Below, piece by piece: positions 47,294-60,060 of a DNA stretch of 64,000 nucleotides. The DNA lies in NCBI RefSeq assembly GCF_963921235.1, contig NC_086129.1, forward strand, positions 5,890,001 through 5,954,000, read 5' to 3'. The position numbers and the translations under genes are program-made. How positions within the stretch are numbered: the first letter of the stretch is position 1; each line of letters starts with the position of its first letter. The notes below the pieces were generated by a model. It made no database searches. It saw only the letters and a program-made list of their open reading frames with translations, and was not told where the DNA came from. Origin of the DNA: Mobula hypostoma (lineage: Eukaryota).

Positions 47294-48089
47294 TGTAACT
47301 TTGCTGGATTAAATAACGACAGCACAAAAAAGATCGTTACTTATCTTTCCACACGTTTATTCCTTCGAGCTCAGCCGGCGAGTGAACGTGGACCCGAGAT
47401 CAGGGAGAGACCCTTTCACATCTCCCCTGCTGTTCTACAAGTTCACTGCCCGATGTCAGAATTGTTAGAATTTATAAGGCCACCGATACAAATAACCAAT
47501 CAGTTTGATAACCATTCCGGTCAAGTCAATGGATTATTGATGCAGAGAACAATCAGTTTGATAAATATTCCAGCCAAGTTAATGGACTATTGATACAAAA
47601 GTACAATCAATTTGTTAGACACTCCAGCCACCTTAATTAAAGAAAGGAATGTCCTACCTGGTTTGCTGGAAGCACAACTTAATTACAAAGATAAGAAAAT
47701 CCGTCAAATTTGTGCTTGAATTAAGAAAGGAATGTTGTGTCTAATTTCCATCAGGTACTGCTTTTCGTCATAATCAAAAGGTGTGAAAAGCCCAGAGACA
47801 TCTTATGTGGATCTGGGCGAACTTTAACCCTTATCTTGCTTCAAAGAAAGCAGCTGTGAGACATTATTCAAACACACTGCAGTCACAGACATAGTCAGTA
47901 CTGAATCCATTGTTTACAGGAATCTGAGAATCCCCCATTCCGTTAAACTTATCGTGTGTTCCCAGATCCTTCTGGTCTACCGACTCCCCAGGACCCGAAT
48001 GCTCACCGTGTCTTCATGCACCCCCAAATCAGTGCAAACCCCCAAATCCATCCTTTGAATATGAAATAACATTTGATGAGTTTCCAGCA
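47294..48089 (-). mobile_element. Putative solo LTR with three about 53-bp U3-like tandem repeats
   Basis: Minus strand order: repeats (47640-47485), TATAAA (47476-47471), AATAAA (47361-47356), end ...gttaca. Candidate gtaaa TSD at 47289-47293 and 48090-48094; right boundary uncertain. Confidence 0.45.
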
Positions 48090-48123
48090 GTAAATCTGAC
48101 CTGCTGTGAGAACGACCTGTTTT

Positions 48124-48621
48124 ACCAGAAGGTTCACCAGATTGATTCCTGGGATGACAGGACTTTCATATGATGAAAGTCTGGATCGACTAGGATTATA
48201 CTCGTTGGAATTTACCACATTGCGGGGGGATCCTATTGAAACATATAAAATCCTAAAGGGATTGGACAGGCTAGATGCAGGAAGTTTGTTCCCGATGTTG
48301 GGGAAGTCCAGAACGAGGGGTCACAGTTTGAGGATAAAGGGGAAGCCTTTTAGGACCGAGATGAGGAAAAACTTCTTCACACGAGAGTGGTGAATCTGTG
48401 GAATTCTCTGCCGCAGGAAACTGTTGAGGCCAGTTCATTGGGTATATTTAAGAGGGATTTAGATATGGCCCTTGTGGCTAAAGGGATCAGGGGGTATGGG
48501 GGGAAGGCTGGTACTGGGTTCTGAGTTGGATGATCAGCCATGATCATACTGAATGGCGGTGCAGGCTCGAAGGGCCGAATGGCATACTCCTGCACCTATT
48601 TTCTATGTTTCTATGTTTCTA
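48124..48621 (+). mobile_element. CR1 3' end
   Basis: RRFTRLIPGMTGLSYDE.LDRLGLYSLEF...RTRGHSLRIKG; (ttctatgt)n tail. Confidence 0.9.
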
Positions 48622-48639
48622 AGACTCTTGAAAACGGGA

Positions 48640-51000
48640 GGGAATCTGAACATATTACAACTTTACATGGACAAATTTCCTCCACCCACTGTAAGGACGA
48701 AATGATGGCAACCTGTTCTGCTGTATCTCCTGATAAATGGTTGGTTGGTCGTTTCTTTCTCGTTACCAAAAATTCAGGCACAAAACAGCCACATAAACAA
48801 TCCCAGTTAAATTATATTTTGATCCTTCTGTCAAAATGGTTAACCTATCTCAATAAATTTCCTTCTTTATACTGAAGCAACAGATTCTCAGGCATAACAG
48901 AATCCTCAGATTTAATTAAATCGGGTATCTAAAATCAACTAAAGGCACTGAAGGAAACAATGTGGGGTTACCGAGAACGCGACTGTGGGACATTTTGCAT
49001 AATTCAACAAACCCATTATTTCAAGCGTGATAAGAACCCAGTTGCTCAAAATTTAAAAAAAACAGTCTTCCTGTGAAATTCCCAACAGTCCCCCAACACA
49101 CCTTCAACAGGATGATCATTTATCATATTGTGAAATAATAAATATTGTCTTGTAGCGTCCCAATCTCTATCTTATAGAAACCCGAATACAACGTGCCCAT
49201 CAGTACCTGCACAAGATGTCCAAATTAAAACTCTCAGAAAAAAAATATTATACAATCGCCCCCTCAATCCAATTTCCAAAAGTTAATCAAAAGTCCGTCC
49301 TTCCATACATATCATCTGCCTGTCCGATATCAAAAATACTGCTATTACAACATCTTTATTTAACTGTGTTTTCCTAATATCATTTTTCAAACATAAAACT
49401 GAATCCAATGCCATTCTACCCTTCAGAAATCTAATAAAAACTCTGATAAAACGCGAAGTCATCTCTCTTTTCCAAATTATAATTCAGACGCTCAAATATC
49501 ACACGTTCCATCAGTTTACATAAATGAGACATTAATGATATAGGCCTATAACAAGAAGGATCAGACGGGGTTCTCCCAGGTTTTAGAATAGGCACGACTA
49601 CAACCATTTTCCATGAGGAAGGAAGATGGCCAAACCTCCAAATACAATTCAGAAATTGTAATATTATCTCAAGAGAGTTGCCAGTCACATGTCGAATCAG
49701 ACAATAACATAGATCATCCCTTCCCGGAGACGTCTGACCTGCCGATTCCGTACAATATTATCACAATATGTCCTCCAGAAAACCTTTTTCGGTATCTTCT
49801 CCACTTTCCTCACCACGGCCTGTGTCCTTTTATACATAATGAGGTCACTCGGAGACTGATACTTCTTCACTTTCCTAAACACCTTATTTCTCTCCCTAAT
49901 TGCCTCTGCACGGTCCTCAGTCCACTATGGTACAGGACTTCTCCCATTAATCCTGTTTGTAATGGGAATCACTTCCAACACAGTCTCCTGAATAACATGA
50001 CATAACTTTTCATTGTTAAAATACACATCTTCCTCAACATTCTGTAGCAGTTCCTTCCAGAACTACTGTGGGCATTAAATCTCGTACCCATTCAGACACA
50101 CAAGTTGGGAAACTCTTCGAATCCAACCATTACCATCATTCCACAATCAACCCCACAGTGAATTATGTGCGTTAAAATCCCCACACCATACAACCCTTAG
50201 TGAGCGAGATCTGCATATACTTTCTCACAAAGCAATTGAAAGTTTTCCACAAGGTTTGTAAAAACTAACCACTTTTGTACAACTACCTGCTGAATCTAAT
50301 ATTTCTACTACAAGTTACTCATATGTTCCATTCACTTTCACAACTCTACACCCTGCCCCTTCCCTTATAAAACTGGCAACACCACTCCTCTATCAACCAA
50401 CCCATCACGACCACTAACATAATAACTCTACACAAAAAAAAACACTTACATGTGGAAATACCAGGTTTCCTCAATGCATATAACATTGGGAGAATCTGAA
50501 TGACAAATCAGAAATAAACTTCTTAAAGTCTTGAACATTATGAATCTGACTTCTCGCATCCCATTGCAATATATTTAATCCCATTATGAACCTTCACAAG
50601 TAGACTGGGATACAGATACCCCACCCATCAGAGCTTCATTTACAGCTTCCCACAGAACACCAGCTACACCGAGATACCTTTCTGCAGCTTTTACAATAAT
50701 TTTAATTTCCTCAGTGGTGCGAGATGTCCGATCAGTACAATTCGCCACATCCATTATAAACATCGGAAACTTCATTTTATCCAGCAGTGAAATATCTTTA
50801 GTGAGAGAACTGTGATGGTGACATATACTGTACATATATCCACTGACGTCACAGTCTGTTCTCTGACTGGGAACACTTTATCCAGTTTACCTGCTCTACT
50901 TGCTGTACTTGTCCATAACAGGCCCTTCTGCTCACTGTGTTGTTCTGAACCAACTGAACCGGTCATTTCATGCCTCACTAAACCAACCCCTCTGCCGACA
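48640..51000 (-). mobile_element. Degenerate Nimb/I-like LINE (ORF1 C-terminus, endonuclease, RT start)
   Basis: EEIKIIVKAAERYLG (ORF1 end); LQWDARS and IEETW (endonuclease); WKMVVVVPILKPG...YRPISLMSHLCKLMER. Confidence 0.75.
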
Positions 51001-51639
51001 CAAGGTCCACATCCCTCCATTCTCCACACATTCTTGTGGTATCTATTAGCCTCTATCACGTCTGCCTCCACCACCACCCCTGACATTCACTCCAGACACT
51101 CACCACGATGGGTATGAAAAACAAAACTTGAAACGTAAATCTCCTTTAAACATTCTGAGTCAGATTTTTAACATTATTGTCTTTTCTAATGCTTTTAACA
51201 TCAGCTGTGTGAAGAAAAGTTGCAAACTTACACTAAATTACAAAATACATAAATAGTGGAGAAAGGACCAATGAGGTAGTGTTTCCCCTTTCTCCTGAAG
51301 TGCATGCCCTCTGGTATTAGACATTTCCTCCATAGAGATCAAAATACCGGTTGTCCACTCTGTCTCTTCCTCTCGCGTTACTGTAAACGTTTGTCCCTCA
51401 GCCTCTGCCAGCCCAGAGAAACTAGATCCCTAGATTGTCCAGTCTCACTTTATCCAGGCAGCATCCTGTTAAGCCTCTTCTAATCACCATCCAAAACCTC
51501 CGCATTGTTCCTGTATTAGAATGCAGTTCTCCAGATGCAACGTAACTGCCTGACCCTGGAACCAGTGTCTGCAGTTGTGAACTGGGATTCCAAGCTCCCT
51601 CTGTAGATCAACACTGTCCAATCCCATCCCATGAAATTA

Positions 51640-52248
51640 ACAGCAAGGGGATAACATTGAGCCTTTATAAGACACTAGTCAAGCCCACTTGTAGAATTGT
51701 CAACAGTTTTGGGCCCCATATCTCAGAAAGGATATGTTGGTATTGGAGAGAGTCCAAAGGAGGCTCAGAAGGATGATTCTGGGAATGAAGGGGTTAACAT
51801 AGGAGAAGCATTCGGCAGCTTTGACCCTGTACTCACTGGGATTCTGAAGAATGCAGAGGGGATCTCATTGAAACCTGCTGCATGTTGAAAGGACCAGATA
51901 AGGTGGATGTGGAGAGGATGTTTCTGACGGTGGGGCTATCAAGGTCTGGAGGGCACATACACAAAAATGAGCGGCCACCTTTTCAAACAGAGTTAAGGAG
52001 GATTTTTTTATTAGCCAGGGAGTATTTTATCTGTGGAATGCTCTGCCACTGTTTGCGGTAGAGGCCAAGTCTTTGGGTATATTTAAGGCAGAAGTTGATC
52101 GTTTCCTGATCGCTCACGGCATCAAAGGATATGGCGAGCGGTCAGGTGTATGGAATTGAGTGCGATCAGGGATCAGCCATGACAGAAATTCAGCAGACTC
52201 GATGGGCTGAATGGCCTAATTCTGCTCTTATGTTTTATGGTCTTATGG
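51640..52248 (+). mobile_element. CR1 3' portion
   Basis: CR1 RT C-terminal remnants and 3' UTR ending ttatggtcttatgg. Confidence 0.8.
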
Positions 52249-52504
52249 ACACAAGCCCCCTCAATCATGATGAATCTCCTCTGCAGCCTTCCAGCACAAA
52301 ACATCCTTCATACAGAATGCTAAGCAGAACTGAATATAACTTTTTAAGAACTTTGGCCAGTCAGGCAGCATCTATTGGGGGGAATGGAGTCGATGTTTGG
52401 GACGGAGCTCCTCCCTTACGGTACTGACACAGGCCCTTCTGCCCAACCTTTCCATGCTGTCCTGGTGTCCATTTAAACTAATCCCTCTGCCTGCCTTTGA
52501 CACA

Positions 52505-53232
52505 GAACATAGAAATCTACAGCACATTACAGGCCCTTCAGCCCACAATGTTGTACCAACTATGTAAAGTTCTCTAGAAACTGTCTAGGATTTCCCTATT
52601 GTATGGCTGTCTATTTTTCTAGCTCCATGTACCTATCTAAGAGTCTCTTACAATATCCTATTGTATCTGCGTCTACCACTGTCACTGGCAGTGAATTCCA
52701 CACACCATCCAATCTCTGTGTGAAAAACTTACCCCTGACATCCCCCTTGTACCGACTTCCTAGCACCTTAAAACTATGTCCCTTCGTGTTAGTCATTTCA
52801 CTCCCTCCTTAGTATCCACATTCTTTTTGTAGTGAGGTGACCAGAACTGAAAACAGTACTGCAAGTGGGGACTAAATGTCTCCTAATATAGCTTCAACAT
52901 TACCTCACAGTTCTTGAACTCAATCCCACGGTTGATGAACCCCTCACACCAGACGCCTTCTTAACAACACTGCCAACCTGCGCAGCCGCTTTGAGTGTCG
53001 TATGGACACGGACCCCAATATCTCTCTGACCCTCCACACTGTCAAGAGTCTTACCATTAATGTTATATTCTGTGTTCAAAATTGACCTGTCGAAATGAAC
53101 CACTTCACACGTATCTGGGTTGAACTCCATCTGCCACTTCTCAGCCCAGTTCTGCATCCTATCTATTTCCCGCTGTGATCTCTGACAACCCTCCAGACTA
53201 CCCACAACACCCGCAACCTCTGTGTCATCAGC
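52505..53232 (-). mobile_element. CR1 3' portion with an internal deletion
   Basis: MQNWAEKWQMEFNP.TCEVVHF (52900..53205); KFFTQRLDGVWNSLP (52611..52796). Confidence 0.85.
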
Positions 53233-55434
53233 GGGGCCTTCTGGGAGTTGTAGTCAGGGGCCTTCCACCCCGCTCACTCCCTGCATTTTGTTTTCTCAGC
53301 CACCACAGACATCACCGGAATGGAGTCACCGAGGCGTCGGAGGAGAACCACACCCGTCCCTGTGGGTGCCGAGACCGGCGACCAGCGACCGCAGCGACTC
53401 GCTGAACTCCGCCATGGCGATGGAGAGGAGCAGCAGGGGCTGAACAGGGGGCAGATTCCCACCAGCCTATCGTAGGTCAGGCACTCCTCTGACCCCTGCT
53501 GTTATTGGCTGCAGTGCGTGTCGGTCAAATGAGAACTCACACGGTGATTAGTTAATATGAACGTCAGTCAGACTTGTATCTCCATGAGCTTGAGTTTGGA
53601 TTTATATCGGGGATCGGATGCCACTTGTAGGAGGTGGAGTCTTTGGTAAAGCAAATTGGGAGAAATGTAAGTTTTTAATGTAATGATGTATTTGTCTTCA
53701 AGTGACACTATTAAGAATAAAAGGGCGCAGGTCGTGGTGAGGAAGGATGTGATTTACTGGAGGTCATATTGGCATAATATTTGAAGGGATATTTAACTGG
53801 GAGTTGTTTGGAGTATGATTTAGAAAATGGGGGGGATTTGAAACGATCTGAATATTTCAGCATTGATTAATGAGGGCAAAATGATTGTTACTGAAACAGG
53901 GAAGGTTGTGGTACTGGCTGGGTCATGTGCTGTGATTCATAATAAAGATAATTTAAGTGAATAAGTTATTCAATATAGGGATATGTTTCTAAGTGCATAC
54001 TCTGATGTGTTGGAAGTCAGCTGTATCAATGATAGTATCATTGACGTAGAGTTTTCTTTGTACAATATTTTTAAAAGTCTATTATTAATGCAAGTCAGGC
54101 ATCCCCAGGAAAGGGTGATATATGTAATTGTAGCTGTATGTAACTCTCTTTCGTGAAAATATTTACATTTCTGATTCGTGTTTAGAAATTGGGCCATCTC
54201 CCTCCCTCATGGAATATGGCAGCAGGATTGCCTGTTTTCTGAAACCTGGCAGATCCCAGTTTGATCCTGCTATTTATGGCCTATATCGTTAATGTCTCAT
54301 TTATGTAAACTGATGGAATGTATGGTAATCGAACGCTTCAGTTATATTTTGGAAAGAGAGATGATATAGTGTTTTATTAGAGTGGATTTTGGAAGGATAG
54401 AATGACATTGAAATCAGTTTTAGGTTTCCAAGATGATTATAGGAAGCACGGCTAAATAAAGATGTTGTAATAGCAGTATTTTAATATTGTAAATACATAT
54501 GATATGTTATGGAAGGATTTTTGATTGAATTTTGGAAATTAGGAGTGAGGGGAGATTGCATAATTTATCTGAGTTTTTTATTTGGACGGACTGTGCAGGT
54601 ACGGGTGGGCATGTTATGTTTGTGTTTCTATGAGATGGAAAATGTGACCCCATACAGGAGTATTTTAGCCCTTCATTATTTAATATTATGATTAATGGCA
54701 TTTTCTCTGAGATGGGTACGCTGGGTTAATCACTTTATACAGATGATATAGCTTTATAGATTAGAGGTAGCATTTCAATTTTACTGCAAATAGGATGAAA
54801 TTTACAATTAATAGATCAAACAGTGGGCAAATAGATGAAGATTTTAAGTTTTCAGTTAAACACTGAAACACGTTATGTGTTTTACAAACAGGATTAATAG
54901 ACCTGCACTTGCTTTGAAATTATATGGTCAAACTCCTGAAAATATGTCAGTGGTGAGATTTCCAGGCATCTGGATGGATAATAAGCTGACATGGAAGCAC
55001 CGTATCAGTAAAATAATTGATAACTGTAAAGGAGCATTAAATATCCTCAGGCGTCTGTGTGGGTGTTCTTGGAGTGCAACATGTTGACCATTTATATTTG
55101 TGTAATTCAATCTGTTCTTGATTCTGGCTGTGTGGCTTATGGATCAGTTTCATATTCAACTTTAAAATACTTGGGTGTGATACGAGCACAGGTTTTAAGA
55201 TTTTGCTGTGGTGCAGTAAAGTGGTCCCTTGTTTCGGCTTTACTGGTTGAAATGGGACAATTGCCCTTCCAGCGACAGAGGTTGAAGCTGCTGTTAACAA
55301 ATTGGATTAATTTGAGAGGGCAAAGAAATTATCATCCTGTGCTAGAGGACATTTGGTTTTCAGTTTTAGGTGGCTGGGTTCATATCACGCTGGGAACATG
55401 GGTGTATTGTTGGGTGTACTGTACTCAGGTGTAA

Positions 55435-56255
55435 CCTTGAATACAGGGCCACGGTAGGAAACTTTGTCACATGGTGTGAGCAGAATTATCTGCGGCTTAA
55501 TGTGAAAAAGACTAAGGAGCTGGTGGTAGACCTGAGGAAAGCTAAGATACCGGTGACCCCTGTTTCCATCCAGGGGCTCAGTGTGGTCATGGTGGAGGAT
55601 TACAAATACCTGGGGATACGAATTGACAATAAACTGGACTGGTCAGAGAACACTGAGGCTGTCTACAAGAAGGGTCAGAGCCATCTCTATTTCCTGAGGA
55701 GACTGAGGTCCTTTAACATCTGCCGGACGATGCTGAGGATGTTCTACGAGTCTGTGGTGGCCAGTGCGATCCTGTTTGCTGTTGTGTGCTGGCGCAGCAA
55801 GCTGAGGGTAGCAGACACCAACAGAATCAACAAACTCATTCGTAAGGCCAGTGAAGTTGTGGGGATGGAACTGGACTCTCTCATGGTGGTGTCTGAAAAG
55901 AGGATGCTGTCCAAGTTGCATGCCATCTTGGACAAAGTCTCCCATCCAGTACATAATGTACTGGGTGGGCACAGGAGTACATTCAGCCAGAGACTCATTC
56001 CACCGAGATGCAGCACAGAGCGTCATAGGAAGTCATTCCTGCCTGTGGCCATCAAACTTTACAACTCCTCCCCTGGAGGGTCAGACACCCTGAGCCAATA
56101 GGCTGGTCCTGGACTTACTTCATAATTTACTGGCATAATTTACATATTACTATTTAACTATTTATGGTTTTATTAATATTTATTATTTCTGGTGCAACTG
56201 TAACGAAAACCAATTTCCGCCGGGATCAATAAAGTATGACTATGACTATGACTAT
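55435..56255 (+). mobile_element. Young Rex1/Babar-like LINE 3' portion nested in the Nimb-like LINE
   Basis: Open frame WCEQNYLRLNVKKTKELVVD...YKYLGIRIDNKLDWS...RHRKSFLPVAIKLYN; AATAAA and (tatgac)n tail. Confidence 0.88.
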
Positions 56256-56589
56256 TGGTTGATACAATATGTCCCACTGTAGCTTTCTCCTTAACCACAT
56301 TTTGTGTTTTTTTTCAATGACTGTAGTTAATTTTAGGTTACACAAGTGGATTCTGTTCTGCCTGAGAGTCTGTTTGTTCGTGAGTATATTAATGACAGTT
56401 ACTATCATACAGTAACCATTTTTACAGATGGATTGAAACATAATTTAACTGGGAATGTTAGTGTGGCTGTTTTCTTTTTTCTATGTGTCTGAATTGCAGA
56501 TAATGATAAAGAAATCACTTACCAGCCATTTATGGGTATATGAAGCAGAATTCTTTGTCGTCATTACAGTGGGTGGAGGAAATTGGTCC

Positions 56590-57730
56590 TTACAAACTTG
56601 AAATTTGTTCAGAATCCTTTTCGGGTTTGATGGTTTTTGCAATATCTTCAGGTCAGACATTTTTTTAACAAGAATATTTAAGTAATTTTCCATATATACA
56701 AGATTCTGACCTTATTTTAAAAATGAACCCTTTAGTGAAAGGCTTTATTGGGAAAATTTATAATTAACTATTACAACAGGACAATTCTCCTTTCCTTGAC
56801 ATCAAGCAAGATTGGGAAAGAGAGCTTAATATGACCTTGATATCAGAGGATTGGTTGTGAATTTTGTGCCAGTCATTATCTAATTCTATTTAAAATTGTA
56901 CATCGTTATTATTTGACGAAGGAGAGATTGTCTAAAATTTTTCCTAATGTAAATAATCAGTGTGATAGATGCAAAACTGAGATAGCTACATTGACACATA
57001 TGTTTTGGTCGTGTTCTATATTGAAACAATTTTGGAAATCCATTTTTTCTATAATCTCTAAAGCTTTAAGAATCAATTTACAACCTAATAAATTGACAGT
57101 TTTGTTTGATATAATTCCTCAACATATTCACGGTATTTCTACATCTGACCAGTACGTAATTGCATTTGTCACATTATTGGCTGGAAGGGCTATTTTATTA
57201 AAATGGAATGATGCCTCTGCTCCCACTTTGATACAATGGTTCTTCCAGTTGATTTTATGTCTTAGTTTGGAAAAAATTAGAAGTGGAACTTTTGATCCTA
57301 AATTTGACTTTGAGAAAAGGTGTGGCTCTTTTGCCCGTTATTATCATTTGACTTGAGTTAATTAAGATGGTCCTTTTCTGATGCTTGGTTATATGAATTT
57401 GGTTGGCCGTTTGATGTCTTTTTTTTATGGAAGCTTGTATGGCGCAAAGCTCCGGGGTTGTGCTCCAAATGGGTTTTTCCCTTTTTTTAGTTATTCGGGG
57501 TATTCTCTGTTTTAGTTCGTAGGGGTTCCTTTTTATTCCTTCATTCCTTTTTTCCATAAAAAAAGATTTAATACTTTGTTTTTTGATTATTATTGCTTTT
57601 CTGTTTAACCTGGTTGATAATTTAACTTTTACTCTACATATGGATATGTTATCTTGAATATTTTGATGTATTTTTCTCTGTTGTTGATTTTCAATAATAA
57701 TTAATAAAAAGATTTAAAAAGCAAGAAAAG
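56590..57730 (+). mobile_element. L1-clade LINE 3' fragment nested in the Nimb-like LINE
   Basis: CDRCKTEIATLTHMFWSC, homologous to 30188..30547; AATAAA and A-rich tail near 57703-57730. Confidence 0.85.
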
Positions 57731-58329
57731 GATTTGATGAGCCTTAAAACAGGTCATTGTAGCAGTAGGTCAGATTGACTGTTGGGACCTCGTCAAGCAG
57801 TATTTGATATACAAATTTGGTTTATGTGTCTGCACCTTATGGGCCCTGCACAGCGCACTGGTGAGGGAAATGATCAGGCTGACTGTTTAGCAACACAACC
57901 TGTTAAAAGTTCAACTGTGAATATAGACCTTCCACTTAGCAAATCTTAGCTTAGGGGTTGGTAGTGTTAAGAGTTAGGGACTTATGGCAAGACTTGTAGG
58001 ATACAGGACAGGCACCTTCACAGAATACATAAACCAATCGGGTTTATAGAAGAAGGGCTAAAATCAAGAATGGAAGAAACGATATTGACACGACTTAGAA
58101 ATGGCCACACGATGTCTAATTATTCCTTGTATCTAATTGGAAAACGTCATTCTGTGTCGTGTACATTTTGACATTATGAAACTGGTAAACACATACTATT
58201 TCAGTGTGAAGCAGATATGGCTGAAAAAAATCAAATGCAGTCTTCAGTACAATCTTTGGTGGGGTTGGTTGTTTTCAGATAAACACTTTATTAAGTTAAG
58301 GGACAGGCTTTAAATTAATTCGCTGTATT

Positions 58330-59118
58330 GAACGGGCAAAGGACTATAATAACGGTAGCGTCACAATTATGTCCGGGACATCAATAGGCAAAGGGTTGGG
58401 AAAATCAGCTTGTTGTTAGATCACGATAGGGCATTTGTTGAATGCCGACGAGACGGCTTTTTAAAGCAGCTTGTGTTTGGCCCTATTCGGGGAAAGGCCA
58501 TCTTGGATTGGGTGTTGTGTAATAAAACTGATCATATCCCGGAGCTTAAAGTAAAGGAACCCGTCAGAGGCAGTGATCATAATATAATTGAATTCATACT
58601 GCATTTTCATAGGGAGAAGCCTAAGTCACATGTATCAGTCTCGCAATGGAATAAAGGGAATTACAAAGGCATGAGAGAGGAATTTGCCCAGGTGAATTGG
58701 AGAAGGATACTGCGGGGATGATGGCTGAACACAGGTGGCTGACGTATCTGGAAATAGTTTACAAGGCGCAGGAGAGACATGTCCCACAAAAGAATTTCTC
58801 AGATGGCAGGGGTAGGAATCTATGGCTGACAAGGGAACTTAAGGACTGCGTGTTATATGGCATATAAGGTAGCAAAGGTGAGTGGGATGTTGGATTATTG
58901 GGATGCTCTTAAAATCCAACAAAAGGCAAAAGATGAAATATGAGGCAAACTAGCCAATAATATAAAGCAGTATATCAAAAGTTCATTTTCAGTTACATGA
59001 AGAGTGAAAGGGAGATGAGAGTTGATATTGGATTGGAAAATGATGCTGGTGAGGTAGTAATGGGGGACAAAGAAATGTCAGATGAACTTAATGAACACTT
59101 TGTATCAATCTTCACTGT
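58330..59118 (+). mobile_element. CR1 ORF2 fragments
   Basis: FLKQLVFGPIRGKAILDWVLCN...SDHNIIEF...KGNYKGMREE. Confidence 0.8.
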
Positions 59119-59300
59119 CTTTTCCTGTCAGCACCGCCCCACTTGTCCCATTTTACCTGTATCAGTGAGGGTGGACTTTAGGACCCGGGGGAGCTCAGGA
59201 CCCGCCGCCCGCGGCTGCTGCTGAATCCGCGGTGTTTCTGTTCGGTTGTCGGACGCGGTGAACAAGTTAAAATTAACGGATCGATAATTCTCATCTCGTG

Positions 59301-59306
59301 TTTATT
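59301..59306 (-). promoter_or_regulatory. Polyadenylation signal of the B30.2 gene
   Basis: AATAAA on the minus strand about 70 nt after the stop codon. Confidence 0.6.
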
Positions 59307-59372
59307 TCACTCTCCGCACATTTATATTTACAGGGACTTTACTCCTGACGCCGGTCCCGGGACCCGACCCGT

Positions 59373-59929
59373 TTACAGACCCGGAGCGGAACCGGAGCAG
59401 ATTCTCAGCCACTGGTTTACATCCCGAGGCCAGAAGAGAGGATAAAGTTTCCCCGTGAATTTATTCCCAGTGAAGGTGTGGAGACGGGACTTGGTCTCCG
59501 CGTTGTAAAATGAAACTGTCCCGGACTGGTAACTGAGATAAACTCCCACCCTCCCGGGGATGGGACCGGCAGGGAGACGGGACTCGGGGGAGGGGAACAC
59601 GTCACAATCCCGATGTAACACGTCACCAACCCGCCCGATGACCCAGAATCCGGTCTCCGGACTCAGACTGAACCGTCCCTTCCTCTCCACAGACTCTGCA
59701 GCGACTCCCAGACACCAGACCCGATTCCCCGTCACCTCCACCTCCCAGTAATGTCTCCCCGATGTGAATCCCTCCGATCCCAGCACACAAGCCCAGAATG
59801 TGAATCTCTTCCCGGTGTCAGGGAGATCCCTCCGGGTCCGGGTCCTGGTCCGGGTCCATCTCACACTCCTCCGATCCCCAGACACCTCGAGACACGGATG
59901 CGCCGTTTCCACATCCAGGGTGACAGAGA
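59373..59929 (-). CDS. Terminal exon encoding a B30.2 (PRY-SPRY) domain of a TRIM/butyrophilin-like protein
   Basis: Acceptor cttctcccccag|TC; VTLDVETAHPCLEVS, RFTFWACVLGSEGFTSGRHYWEVEV, RVGVYLSYQSGTVSFYN, LYPLF; open to TAA. Upstream exons not recognised in the window. Confidence 0.9.
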
Positions 59930-59959
59930 CTGGGGGGAGAAGCAGAGAATTAGAGAGCG

Positions 59960-60060
59960 TCCGGGGATCGGGGGAGACTCGGGCAGCGCGGCCCCGGGGA
60001 CCGGGGGGAGACTCGGGCACCGCGGCCCCGGGTATCGGGGGGAGACTCGGGGATCGGGGG
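59960..60060. repeat. G-rich about 34-bp tandem repeat (3 copies) in the intron next to the B30.2 exon
   Basis: Repeated ccggggatcgggggagactcgggcagcgcggcc-like units. Confidence 0.8.

Larger units (their letters stand above)
54215..58320 (+). mobile_element. Degenerate Nimb/I-like LINE with RNase H, host to Rex1 and L1 insertions
   Basis: PISLMSHLCKLME, RFPGIWMDNKLTWKH, FTDGLK and GNDQADCLA (RNase H), EETILTRLRNGH, KHILFQC. Confidence 0.75.
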
